64,000 nt of DNA from Candidatus Aminicenantes bacterium (GCA_963803915.1 CAWDOL010000006.1:131150-195149); one strand, 5' to 3'; shown: positions 47,701-57,883, numbered from the stretch's first letter. The notes: generated by a model from the letters alone, not told the origin. Program-made: numbers and translations.

Positions 47701-48531
47701 ATGTCGGACACCGATTTCCTCTTGCGGCTGCTCCTGTCTTTCCTGGTCGGGGGCGGCTGGATCGCCGCCGCGACGATGGCCGCCGACCGCCTCGGCAGCC
47801 GCGTGGGCGGCTTCCTGAGCGGTTTGCCCTCGACGGTCGTGGTCACCTTCTTCTTCATCGGACTGGTCCAGGGGACGGATGCCGCGGCACGGGCCACGAC
47901 CGTTTTCCCCATGGCCTTCGCCGTCACGGGCGTCTTTCTGTTGGTTTTCGCCGCTTGCTCGGGCCGCGGCTTTGCCGCGGGCTTCGCGGCCGGGCTGACG
48001 GTTTGGGTGGCGCTCTCCGCCTGTATCCTGGTGCTCAAGCCGGAGGGCTTCGGTTTTTCCCTGGCCGTCTATGTCCTGGTTTTGGCCGCTGCGATAGGAC
48101 TGACCGGATCGGTCATCCGCCTGCCCCAACCCCAGCACGGCGGCGGCCGCCACTCCCTCCTCCAGGTGACGGCCCGGGCTTTTTTCGGCGGTCTGATCAT
48201 CGTCGTTGCGGTGCTGTTGAGCCGGGTGGGCGGACCCGTTTTCGGGGGCGTCTTCGCCGGGTTCCCGGCCGTCTTCGTCTCGACCCTGGTCATCGGCAAC
48301 CACGAGCACGGGCTGGACTTCGCCCGGGCCATCGTCCGGCCGATGCTCCTGACCGGGATGATCACCATCGGCATCTACGGCATCGGTGTGCGCCTTCTTT
48401 ACCCGGCCTGCGGCTTAATCCTCGGCACTCTGCTCTCGTTCCTCCTGTCGCTCCTGGCCGGGGTCTTCGTCTTCCTCGTTCTGAAACCGCACCCCGCCCT
48501 CCCGCCGGCTCCCGTTAAGCGCACCGGCTGA
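47701..48531 (+). CDS. polytopic membrane protein made of two homologous ~130-aa halves (DUF3147-like)
   Basis: MSDTDFLLRLLLSFLVGGGWIAAA... The halves align: RLGSRVGGFLSGLPSTVVVTFFFIG versus RVGGPVFGGVFAGFPAVFVSTLVIG. There are about 8 TM helices. Confidence 0.6.
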   Translation: MSDTDFLLRLLLSFLVGGGWIAAATMAADRLGSRVGGFLSGLPSTVVVTFFFIGLVQGTDAAARATTVFPMAFAVTGVFLLVFAACSGRGFAAGFAAGLTVWVALSACILVLKPEGFGFSLAVYVLVLAAAIGLTGSVIRLPQPQHGGGRHSLLQVTARAFFGGLIIVVAVLLSRVGGPVFGGVFAGFPAVFVSTLVIGNHEHGLDFARAIVRPMLLTGMITIGIYGIGVRLLYPACGLILGTLLSFLLSLLAGVFVFLVLKPHPALPPAPVKRTG

Positions 48532-48573
48532 CTCCGGGCTACCCCTTCGTCGGACTTAGCGGGTCGGGCGACA

Positions 48574-48631
48574 GTCGTACATTCGCGGCGCGAAATCCCG
48601 ATTTTCAAATCGGGGTCGCGAGCGGGTTTAT
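48574..48631 (+). repeat. nested-hairpin intergenic repeat, copy C1 (short form)
   Basis: GTCGTACATTC-GCGGCGCG-AAA-TCCCGATT-TTCA-AATCGGGG-TCGCGAGC-GGGTTTAT. Directly abuts copy C2. Confidence 0.65.
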
Positions 48632-48738
48632 ACGTTCGCGGCGTAAAACCCCGATTTTTGAATCGGGGTTAAGCGCCGCTCAGTATTACCCTGAATAGAC
48701 CCCGGGCTTTAGCCCGGGGTGTCTAACGGGTTAATTGA
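48632..48738 (+). repeat. nested-hairpin intergenic repeat, copy C2 (long form)
   Basis: ACGTTC-GCGGCG-TAAAA-CCCCGATT-TTTG-AATCGGGG-TTAA-GCGCCGC-TCAGTATTACCC-[ACCCCGGGC-TTT-AGCCCGGGGT]-GTCTAACGGGTTAATTGA. Confidence 0.7.
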
Positions 48739-48763
48739 CTCCCCCCGGGGCCGGCCGTACACT
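48735..48763 (+). promoter_or_regulatory. sigma70-like promoter whose -35 box is supplied by the repeat end
   Basis: TTGACT (48735-48740; its first four bases, TTGA at 48735-48738, are the last bases of repeat C2), a 17-nt spacer and TACACT (48758-48763). It lies ~105 nt upstream of the hybrid kinase ATG. Confidence 0.4.
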
Positions 48764-48870
48764 AGCCATAGGAACAGACGGGAAATCTTGCCGTCCGGCG
48801 AGTGTTGCCGCGCATTTCCAGAGAAGTCCGTTCCTGACCTATAATCTTGCCCGTCCGGAGGAAGCCCGCC

Positions 48871-51456
48871 ATGCCCATGAAAAGGATTCGGCGGCTGTTC
48901 GGCGAGCCGGCTGCGGATCCGGGGCTCAAGGAGGAGTTCGAAAGGGAGACCAAGGCCTTGAGCCTGGAGATGCTCTCCCTGACTTGCCTGATCGGGATGT
49001 TCCTTTTCCCCCTCTTCGGAACTCTGGACATCATTGTCTTTCCCCAGCTCTATCCCGTCTTCTGGGGCTTGCGGCTGATCGAGGTCGCCGTTTGCGCCGC
49101 ACTCTACGCCCTCCTGAAGACGAAGTGGGTCCGTGACCATCCCGCCGACGCAGGTATGCTGCTGATGATCGCCAGCTGTCTCGACATCGTGGCCATGTGC
49201 TGGCTGACGGGCGGGCCGACGAGCGTCTACTACGCCGGCATCAACCTGACCATTCTGGTGGTCATCTTCGTGATGATTCTGGACGCTCGGAGGGTTTTGA
49301 TCGCCTGTGCCGTCGTCTATCTCTTCTTCCTGCTTCCGTTGCTCCGCGGATCGTACGATGCGTCCCGGACCGCGGTCATCATCTCCAACAGCTATTTCCT
49401 CCTGATCACCATGGCCTTGGCCGTTCTCTGGACCTCTGATCAAGAACCGGACGCGGTTGGAGGCCTTGCGCGGCAGGCGGAGCCTGGCCAAGGCCAACGA
49501 GGATCTCAAGCAGCTGGACGCCCTGAAATCGCAGTTCTTCGCGAACGTGAGCCACGAGGTCCGGACGCCGCTGACCTCGATTCTCGGGCCGATCGAGAGC
49601 CTCTATATGGGCGATGTCGGAAGCCTGTCCGGCGGACAGCAGGTCCTGTTGGAGACGACCTACCGGAACTCCCTGAAGCTCCTGGACATGATCAACCAGA
49701 TGCTCGATTTCTCCCGGATCGAGGCGGGCAAGGCCGCCCTCCGCCTGAGCCAGGAGGATCTCGGTGTCCGCTTGCAGGAGACGATCGCCACATTCCAGCC
49801 CCTGGCCGAGCGCAAGGGGCTCCGACTGGGCTTCACCAGGCTCGGCGACGTTCCGGCCGTCGATATCGATGCGGACAAGTTCGAGCGGATCGTGACGAAC
49901 CTGGTCCGCAACGCCCTGAAGTTCACGGAAAAAGGATCGATCGAGCTGTCCTTGAGGACGGCCGGTCCGCGCGTCATCCTGGCCGTGGAGGATACGGGTA
50001 TCGGCATCGCGCCCGAGCATCTTCGCTTTGATCTTCGAGCGCTTCCATCAGGTGGACGGTTCCAGCACCCGCCGCTACGAGGGAACGGGAATCGGCCTGA
50101 CCCTGGTCAAGGAATACGTCGAGCTGATGAGCGGGACGATCTCCGTGCGGAGCGAGCTCGGGCGCGGCACGCGCTTTCAGATCGAGCTGCCCTCGAACCT
50201 GGGCGACCTCGAGCCGGAGGCCATTCGTGACCGGCGGGCGTCGCCGTCCGGCCGCCTCGGTCCGGTCCGTTCCCGACGGGAGCGGCCGCCCACGGCGCGC
50301 CGGCAGGACGACCTGGCCAAGGTCACCGTCGGCGATCTGGCCTGGATGGAACAGGCCTCGGCGCCGCTCGATCCCGAGCTTGCGCCGGGCGAGGATGCGC
50401 TGCCGGCTGCCGACCGGGTGCTGTTGGCCGAGGACAACGCGGATTTGCGCGTCTTCCTCCGGAGCATGCTGGTCCGGTCCGGGCACGACGTCATCGCCGT
50501 CGCCGACGGGGTCGAAGCCTGGGACGCCGCCGAAAGGGAATTGCCCGACCTGATCGTATCCGACCTGATGATGCCCCGCATGGACGGCTACCAGCTGCTG
50601 CGGAAGGTCAAGGAAACGCCGGCCACCCGGAAGATCCCCGTCATTCTGATCACCGCCAAGCCTGGGCTGGAAGCCCGGCTGAAGGGCCTCGAATACGGGG
50701 CCGATGCATACTTGAGCAAGCCCGTCCATGCCCGCGAGTTGGACGCCCGGATCCGCAATCTCGTGGCCGTACGCCGCGGCCAGGATGCCGCCATCCGGAT
50801 GAAGGAGATGGAGTCGCGCGAGGACGAGCGGCTTCGCGGCTTCGACAAGATTCCGCCTGGCCCTGAAGGCCACCGTCCAATCCATCGCCTCGGTCGTGGA
50901 GCTGAGGGATCCCTACACCGCGGGCCACCAAAGACGCGTGGCGGACTTGGCCCGGGCCCTGGGCGCGGAGATGGGGCTCTCCGCCGACCGGATCGAGGGC
51001 ATCCAGACGGCGGGTGTGATTCACGATATCGGAAAGATCCGCATTCCCACGGAGATCCTGAGCAAGCCCTCGAAGCTGACCGCCCTGGAGTTCGACCTGA
51101 TCAAGACCCACGTTCAGGCGGGCGCCGACATTCTCAAGGATATCGACTTTCCCTGGCCCATCGCCCGCATGATTCTGGAACACCACGAACGGATGGATGG
51201 GTCGGGGTACCCGGGCGGCCTGCTGGGCGACAGCCTGCTCCTGGAGTCCCGGATCCTCGCCGTCGCCGACGCCGTGGAGGCGATCTCGACGCATCGTCCG
51301 TATCGTGCCGCCATGGGCGTGGAGGCGGCGCTCGAGGAGATCCTCAACAAGAGGGGCCTGCTTTTCGACGCCGCAGCGGTGGACGCCTGCATCGAGCTTT
51401 TCCGGCGGAGAGGGATACGCGCTTCCGGAATGAGCCGAAAGCCCGGCCTCCCTTGA
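48871..51456 (+). pseudogene. hybrid sensor histidine kinase - receiver - HD-GYP protein, 3 frameshifts
   Basis: GGAGG RBS. About 6 TM helices. HisKA H-box FFANVSHEVRTPLTSI. HATPase boxes LVRNALKFT, VEDTGIGI, GTGIGLTLVKE. REC: RVLLAEDN...DLIVSDLMMPRMDG...ILITAK. HD-GYP: HDIGKIRIP...HHERMDGSGYP. Frames change near 49430, 50020 and 50870. ORF pieces: 48847-50031, 49457-50230, 50028-51470, 50896-51456. Confidence 0.8.
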
Positions 51457-51466
51457 CCGAGCGCGC

Positions 51467-51495
51467 TTGACAGGGCGGCTGATTGTGTCTAGACT
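51467..51495 (+). promoter_or_regulatory. strong sigma70-like promoter (TTGACA-17-TAGACT)
   Basis: TTGACA at 51467-51472, a 17-nt spacer and TAGACT at 51490-51495. An ATG follows 8 nt later (51503). Confidence 0.5.
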
Positions 51496-51502
51496 GGCGC
51501 CC

Positions 51503-51589
51503 ATGAACTCATGGGAGATCGCCGCGATCGCATCCGCCGCCGTCTCCTTGTCCCTCCTTTTCTGGTGGGCGGCCTCCTCCGCCCGATAA
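51503..51589 (+). CDS. 28-codon Trp-rich mini-ORF (candidate leader peptide or small membrane peptide) upstream of trpB2
   Basis: MNSWEIAAIASAAVSLSLLFWWAASSAR: 3 Trp in 28 codons, including tandem TGG TGG at 51563-51568. It is leaderless relative to the promoter and ends 88 nt before the trpB2 ATG. Confidence 0.35.
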   Translation: MNSWEIAAIASAAVSLSLLFWWAASSAR

Positions 51590-51677
51590 CACCACCCCCG
51601 CGCCATTTCTCCTTGTCGAGCCGTCGATCTTCTCGACGTCTTGGGTGCATATCCGCCTAACCGGAAAGGAGCTCATC

Positions 51678-52981
51678 ATGTCCGCTTTCGAACGCTTCGC
51701 CTCGCGGGAAGCCCGCCATCTCCCCGAGGCCTATTACAATCTCAAGGCCGATCTGCCGACCCAACCCCTCCCCGCCCTTCACCCGGGGACGCGCGAGCCG
51801 CTGGCCGCCGCCGATCTGGAGCCGGTCTTTTCGCGGGGCTTCATCGCCCATGAAACGACCCTGGAGCGCTTCGTTCCCATCCCCGCCGCCGTTCGCGAGG
51901 CCTATGCCGCCTTCCGCCCGACGCCTCTTGTGTACGCCGCGGGCCTGCGCGCGGCCTTGGCCACACCGGCCCACATCTTCTACAAGTACGAGGGCGCGGG
52001 GCCGATGGGCAGCCACAAGGGCAACACGGCGCTGGCGCAGGCCTGGCTGGCCGCCCAGGAGGGCATCGCCACCCTGGTCACGGAGACCGGGGCCGGCCAG
52101 TGGGGCAGCGCCCTGGCCCACGCCGGCGCCCGCTTCGGCGTCGAGGTCAGGGTCTTCATGGTCCGGGTCAGCTACCGCCAGAAGCCGGGCCGCAGGATTC
52201 TCATGGAGATGTTCGGGGCCAAGGTAACCGAGAGCCCGAGCCCCGAGACCGCTTTCGGCCGCGCTCTTTACGAAGTCGATCCCGACCATCCCGGCAGCCT
52301 GGGCATCGCCATCTCCGAAGCCATGGAGACGGCGCTCAGGGGGGTGAACTGCCGCTACTCCCTCGGCTCGGTGCTCGACGCGGTGCTTCTCCACCAGACC
52401 GTCATCGGCCTCGAGGCAGAAAGCCAGATGGCGGTCGTGGGCGCGCGTCCCGACGTCGTTATCGGCTGCGTCGGGGGCGGCTCCAACTTCGGCGGCCTGG
52501 CCTTCCCCTTCGTCCGTCGGCGGCTGACCGAGGGAGTGCCGATCCGCTTCGTCGCCGTGGAGCCCGAGGCCTGCCCTTCCCTGACCAAGGGCGAGTTCCG
52601 CTACGACCATGGGGACAGCGCCGGGCTGACCCCGCTCCTCCCCATGCACACCCTGGGCAAGGATTTCATCCCGGCCCCCATCCACGCCGGCGGGCTTCGC
52701 TATCACGGGATGTCCCCGCTGGTCAGCCACCTGGTGGCCGGGGGAGTGGTGGCCCCGGTCGCCTGCCCACAGGAGAAAGCCTTCGAGGCCGCCCGGCTCT
52801 TCTTCGAGACCGAGGGCGTTCTGCCGGCGCCGGAGTCCGCCCACGCGGTGGCGGCGGCCGTGGATGAGGCCCTGGCCGCCAAAGCGTCCGGCGAGGAGCG
52901 GGTCATCCTCTTCAATCTCTCGGGCACGGCTTCCTGGACGTCAACGCCTACGCCGCCTGTGGGCGAGATTCTCTCGTCTAA
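51678..52981 (+). pseudogene. trpB: TrpB-like (TrpB2) PLP-dependent tryptophan synthase beta-type enzyme; single frameshift near the 3' end
   Basis: GGAAAGGAG RBS. PLP-lysine region GAGPMGSHKGNTALAQAW, ETGAGQWGSALA, and glycine loop GCVGGGSNFGGLAFPF. At 52921-52923 GGG appears where GGGG would restore ...ILFNLSGHGFLDVNAYAACGRDSLV* (stop 52979-52981). Confidence 0.85.
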
Positions 52982-53043
52982 CCGAGGTCGTCGATGCTTC
53001 GGATTCCTCCCGCGCGAAGCTATAATGGCGCCAGGAGGCCGCC

Positions 53044-53795
53044 ATGAAGACCATCAGCCCGAAGCCCGCCGACGTCGCCGCCGACATCATCGCCCGGCTG
53101 GAGAGCGGGGGCGATCCCGTCCAGGCCGCGGGCGCCCATCGCTACTTCCGCGAGGAGGTGGACTTCTACGGTTGGACTACGTCCCGTCTGCGCGCCCTGG
53201 TCGCCGGAGATCCAGGCCGCAGTTCGCGCCTCCTGGACGCTGGCCGAGGCCCTGGCGCTGGCCGAGAAGCTCCTGCCCCGCGACAAGTTCGAGGCCAAGG
53301 CGGCCGGGATCCTTCTTCTGCTCGAGTTCAAGAAGGACTTCACGCCGGCCCTGTTCGGGACGATCAAGTCCTGGCTGGCCAAGGACTACTGCGCCAACTG
53401 GGCTTCCGTCGACAGCCTCTGCCCGGAGGGGCTGGGCTGGCTGCTCGAGAGGCACCCCGCGCCTGGCCGACGAAATCCTGGGCTGGACGTCCCACAAGAA
53501 CCGCTGGGTCAGGCGCGGCGCCGTCGTGGCCTTCATCACCCTGGCCAGGCGCGGAAAGCTCCTGGATCAGGCCTACGCCGTGGCCGAGGCGATGCTCGGA
53601 ACCGAGGACGACCTGCTCCAGAAGGCGACGGGCTGGATGCTGCGGGAGGCGGGCAAGACGGACATGGCCCGGCTGGAGCGCTTTCTGCTCCGGCACGGTC
53701 CGGACATCCCCCGGACCTCTCTTCGCTACGCCATCGAGCGGTTTCCCGAGGCCAAGCGCAAGGCGCTCCTGGCCGCGACCAAGATCAAGCGCTGA
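53044..53795 (+). pseudogene. DNA alkylation repair protein (AlkD-like HEAT-repeat family), 2 frameshifts
   Basis: Three frames carry the text: MKTISPKPADVAADIIARLESGGDPVQAAGAHRYFREEVDFYGW...; ...WTLAEALALAEKLLPRDKFEAKAAGILLLLEF...KSWLAKDYCANWASVDSLC...; ...GWTSHKNRWVRRGAVVAFI...LLQKATGWMLREAGK...LRYAIERFPE. Confidence 0.75.
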
Positions 53796-53815
53796 ACGGC
53801 GCGGGAGGCGGGATC

Positions 53816-55145
53816 ATGTGCGACACCTTCGTCGCCCTCGGCGAGGCGACTTCGGATGGAGCGACCCTGTTCGCCAAGAACTCCGACCGCGAGCCCAACG
53901 AGGCGCACGTCCTGCTGCGGGTCCCGGCCGCCCGCCACGAAGCCGGGAAGCAAGGTCCGCTGCACCTATATCGAGGTCCCGCAGGTCGCATCGACCTTCG
54001 CGGTTCTCCTGGCCAAGCCGTTCTGGATCTGGGGCGCCGAGATGGGCGCCAACGAGCGCGGCGTGGTCATCGGCAACGAGGCGGTGTTCACCAAGGTCCC
54101 CTACGACAAGACGCCCGGCCTGATCGGGATGGACTTCCTGCGGCTGGCGCTGGAGCGGGCGGCGACGGCGGCCGAGGCGCGGGACGTGATCGTCGGGCTT
54201 CTGGAACGCCACGGCCAGGGCGGCAACTGCGGCTTCCGACACAAGACCTTCTATCACAACAGCTTTCTCATCGCCGATCCGGCCGAGGCCTGGGTTCTGG
54301 AGACGGCCGGGAGGGAGTGGGCCGCCGTCCGGGTGCGCGGTATCCGCTCGATCTCCAACGGCCTGACCATCGGCGGCGAGTACGACCTGGCTTCGACCGG
54401 CCTGGTCGAGACGGCCCGGAAGAAGGGCTGGACCAAGAGGGGCCGGACGTTCGACTTCGCCCGCGACTACTCGGACGCCGTCTTCACCCGCTTCAGCCGC
54501 TGCCGGGAGCGGTGCCGCCGGACGGAAGAGCTCCTGCGCGCCCGGCAGGGCCGGATCGACGCGGCCGCGATGATGGCGGCCTTGCGCGACCACGGCCGAA
54601 GGCCGAGGGGGACTGGTCGCCGGCCAAGGGGCTTCTGGGCTTCACGGTCTGCGCCCACGCCGGATTCGGGCCGATCCGGGCGACCGCAGACGACGGGATC
54701 GATGGTCTCCCATCTGCGGCCCGGGGCCCAGACCCACTTCCTGACCGGCACCGCCGCCCCCTGCACGAGCGTCTTCAAGCCCGTCTGGACGGGAGGCGGA
54801 GGGATTCCTGAAGAGCCGCTGCCCGAGGGTCATTACGATGCGGCGACGCGCTTCTGGCGGCACGAAGCGCTGCATCGGGCAATGCTGAGGGACTATCCCC
54901 GGCTGTCCGGCCTCGGCCGTCGGGAGCGCATGGAGATCGAGCGCCGGTTCGTTGAAAAAGCGTTGGCCTGCGCCCCCGAGAAACGGGACGAGCTGACGGC
55001 CCTCTGCTTCAACGAAGCTGACGCCTTCGAGGCTCGCCTCTCGGCCGAGATAGGAGCCGAAGCCCCGCGCCGCTACCCGGGCTTTCTCTACGCAGCTGCC
55101 CGGACGAGCTTCGACCGCAAAGCGAGGATGCCCCGGCGGGCATAA
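53816..55145 (+). pseudogene. C69-family (secernin-like, Ntn) peptidase, at least 3 frameshifts
   Basis: N-terminal nucleophile MCDTFVALGEATSDGATLFAKNSDREPNEA. Then VRCTYIEVPQV..FAVLLAKPFWIWGAEMGANERGVVIGNEAVF...GMDFLRLALERA. Frames change near 53955, 54590 and 54680. Confidence 0.7.
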
Positions 55146-55235
55146 GCGCTTAGGTCCGAAGCGCCGGGCCTGCGAGTTGACCGCCGCCAGAGGTGCCGTA
55201 TAATAGGAGGTATCCTCTACGGAAAGGCGAAAGGC

Positions 55236-55673
55236 ATGCCCGACAAAGTCAAGATTTCCTGTTTGCAGTGCGGCTCCACGAATGCTTATCCGGTCAACGC
55301 GGCCGGGAAAGCCGTCGTTTGCGGGCGATGCAAAGCCCCGCTGCCCGTGCCGGGGCGGGTTCTTGAGCCCGCGGCCGAACAGGTCGTCACCCTCATCCAG
55401 AACGGCAAGCTGCCGCTTCTCATCGACTTCTCGTCTCCCACCTGCATGCCCTGCCACATGATGAACCCCATCGTCGAGAGCCTGGCCGCGCGGCGGGCCG
55501 GCGACCTGATGGTCGTCAAGGTCGAGACCGACCGCAACGGCGAGCTGGCGGCTGCCTTTAAAATCCAGGCCGTGCCCACCTTTATCATCATGAAGGGCGG
55601 GTTTGAGGTCGGGCGGACGACCGGGGCCATGAGCGAGACGGACTTTTCGCTCTGGGTGGCGTCCAAGGCCTGA
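55236..55673 (+). CDS. thioredoxin-family protein with N-terminal zinc-ribbon (Trx2/TrxC architecture), atypical CMPC active site
   Basis: CLQCGSTN...CGRCKAPL is a 4-Cys ribbon. The thioredoxin fold follows with LIDFSSPTCMPCHMMNPI and AVPTFIIMKGG (cis-Pro). Confidence 0.75.
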   Translation: MPDKVKISCLQCGSTNAYPVNAAGKAVVCGRCKAPLPVPGRVLEPAAEQVVTLIQNGKLPLLIDFSSPTCMPCHMMNPIVESLAARRAGDLMVVKVETDRNGELAAAFKIQAVPTFIIMKGGFEVGRTTGAMSETDFSLWVASKA

Positions 55674-55693
55674 CCGGCCGCCCGATTCGTCGA

Positions 55694-55722
55694 TTGACCC
55701 AATGCGCGGGCTCGTTTACAAT
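55694..55722 (+). promoter_or_regulatory. strong sigma70-like promoter (TTGACC-17-TACAAT) for the compatible-solute cluster
   Basis: TTGACC at 55694-55699, a 17-nt spacer and TACAAT at 55717-55722. The ~93-nt leader contains a perfect 8-bp hairpin ATCGCGCC-TTGC-GGCGCGAT just before the ATG at 55822. Confidence 0.5.
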
Positions 55723-55821
55723 GGACGAGTATTGCTCTCGTTAAAGAGCCCCCTGTACAACGGGGCCTTCGGAAGAGGGCCGCCTTTTAGACGATCGCGC
55801 CTTGCGGCGCGATGCTTGCCT

Positions 55822-56653
55822 ATGATCGATGTAAGATATATCCTTTTTTCCGATCTCGACGGTACCCTCCTAGACGCCAAGACCTATGGATTCGCCGGAG
55901 CCGAGCCGGCTTTGGCTGCGCTCGGGTCAACGGAATCCTTCCCTCTCATCCTCATGACCAGTAAGACTGCGGAAGAGACGCTTGGCTATGTCCGCGCCCT
56001 GGAAACCGGCGAATCCTTCTCCGTTGAGAACGGCGGCGGTATCTACATCGCGAAGCACCGGGTCGCCGTACCGCCACCCGGCTCGATCGCGGATGGCGCC
56101 TATCATCGTTTAGACCAGGGAGCCCCGATCGAACGACTGTCGGCCTTCCTCCTCGAATTCAACCACCGCTACGGCACGGCTATCAGGGCGCTCACCGACC
56201 TGACGGTCGATGAGGCGGCATCCGCCACTGGGCTGGCGCCCGAGGAAGCCGCGCGGGCCCTACGGCGCGCCTTCGACCTGCCGCTCCTCTTGCCGCCGGG
56301 AGCCGAGAGCGCGCTCGACGACTTGCGAGCCGAGGCCGAGGCGGCCGGCCTGACCATTGTCGACGGCGGCCTTTTCCCGCATCTCAAAGGTCCTTCGGAC
56401 AAAGGGTCGGCTTTCGACCTGCTCCTGCCCCATTATCGGGGGCCGGGAGGAACTCGGACCGTGGCCCTGGGCGATTCGGCCAATGACGGGCCGATGCTGA
56501 CCAAGGCCGACGTCGCCGTCTTGATTCCGCGATCGGACGGGTCCTGGGACGCCCGGCTTGCGGGCGCGGCTCCCGAGAGCTCTCCTTGCGCCGCGTCCGG
56601 GCCCGGCCGGCTGGGCGGAGGCGGTTCTCGACATCATCGAAAAGGGGAGGTAA
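55822..56653 (+). pseudogene. HAD-IIB phosphatase (mannosyl-/glucosyl-3-phosphoglycerate phosphatase family), 1 frameshift near 56580
   Basis: Motif I FSDLDGTLLD, motif II LMTSKT, motif IV GDSANDGPML. The C-terminus is restored in another frame (...GPAGWAEAVLDIIEKGR*). Confidence 0.75.
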
Positions 56654-56656
56654 ATC

Positions 56657-57840
56657 ATGTCCGACTTCTACCAGGAACGCGCCATCACCACGCTCCACAT
56701 CCTCGGCGATCGGGGCTTCGCCAAGATCGAGGCCGAGCTCGAACGGTACGCGCGGACCGACCGCACCACGGTCGTCATCCCGGCCCTTCACAGCGATTTC
56801 GCCCGGCCGGCCATGAAGCACATCCTGGAGGTCTACCGGGACGTCCGATTCGTCGGGCAGATCATCGTGGCGCTCGGCGGGGCCACGGCCCGGGAGATGG
56901 AGGAGGCCAGGGCGGAGCTGGCCGATCATCCCCTTCCCTTCGTCCTGCTCTGGATGGACAACCCGAAGCTGAAGAAGCTCTTCACCCGGCTGGAGAGCGG
57001 CGGCCTCTGGCTCGGCCCCGACGGCAAGGGCAAGTCCTGCTGGACCTCTTTCGGCCTGGCCTTGGCGCTCGGCGACACGAAGATCCTGGCTCTGCACGAC
57101 TCCGACATCAAGACCTTCCACAAGGAGATGCTGGCCCGGCTCATCTATCCGGTGGCCAATCCGAACCTGACCTTCCTCTTCTCCAAGGGATTCTATGCCC
57201 GCTACACCCAGAAGCTCCACGGCCGCGTGACCCGGCTCTTCGTCCTGCCCCTGTTCAAGGCCATCGAGAACGTCATCGGCCCGCACCCGTTCATCCATTA
57301 CCTCAACGCCTTCCGCTATCCCGTTGGCCGGCGAGTTCGCCCTGGACATCGACCTGACCCGGGTCATCCGGTTCCCGGGCGACTGGGGGCTCGAAGTGAC
57401 GACGCTGTACGAGATCTACCGCAACATCGCCGACCAAGCGGATCTGCCAGGTGGAGATCGCGGAGCAGTACGACCACAAGCACCAAGCGCTGTCGTCCAA
57501 GGACGCGGGGGCCGGCCTCCACAAGATGGTCACCGACATCTCCACCAACGTCCTCAAGAACATGGCCGCCGAGGGCATCGTCCTCAACTTCGGCATCCTC
57601 AAGACCATCCAGAAGAACTACTTCAAGCTTGCCGAGGACCTGATCGCCAACTACCACGCCGACGCCATGATCAACGACTTCGAGTTCGACCGCCACGACG
57701 AGGAGACCTACGTCGAGACCTTCTTCAAGGCTCTGGTCGTCGCCAGCGAGCGGTTCCTGAAGGAGCCGATCGGACCCCGGATGCTGCCCAACTGGAACCG
57801 CATCACGGCCGCCTACCCGCGACTTCTCTGGACGAGCTGA
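56657..57840 (+). pseudogene. glycosyl-3-phosphoglycerate synthase-like glycosyltransferase (GpgS/MpgS type), 2-3 frameshifts
   Basis: MSDFYQERAITTLHILG...TVVIPALHSDFARPAMKHILE...GKGKSCWTSFGLALALGDTKILALHDSDIKTF...LAGEFALDIDLTRVIRFPGDWGLEVTTLYEIYRN...VEIAEQYDHKHQ. Frames change near 57325, 57445 and ~57820. The 3' end is uncertain. Confidence 0.6.
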
Positions 57841-57883
57841 AGGACATCGTCACGGCCGACAACGGTCGAGTGGGAGGATCGCC

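Noticed and set aside
48574-48738. Tandem hairpin repeats as a mini CRISPR array
   Set aside because: Only two adjacent copies exist and they have different lengths. There are no regular spacers and no cas genes. The other copies are solitary, so this is a REP/MITE-like family instead.
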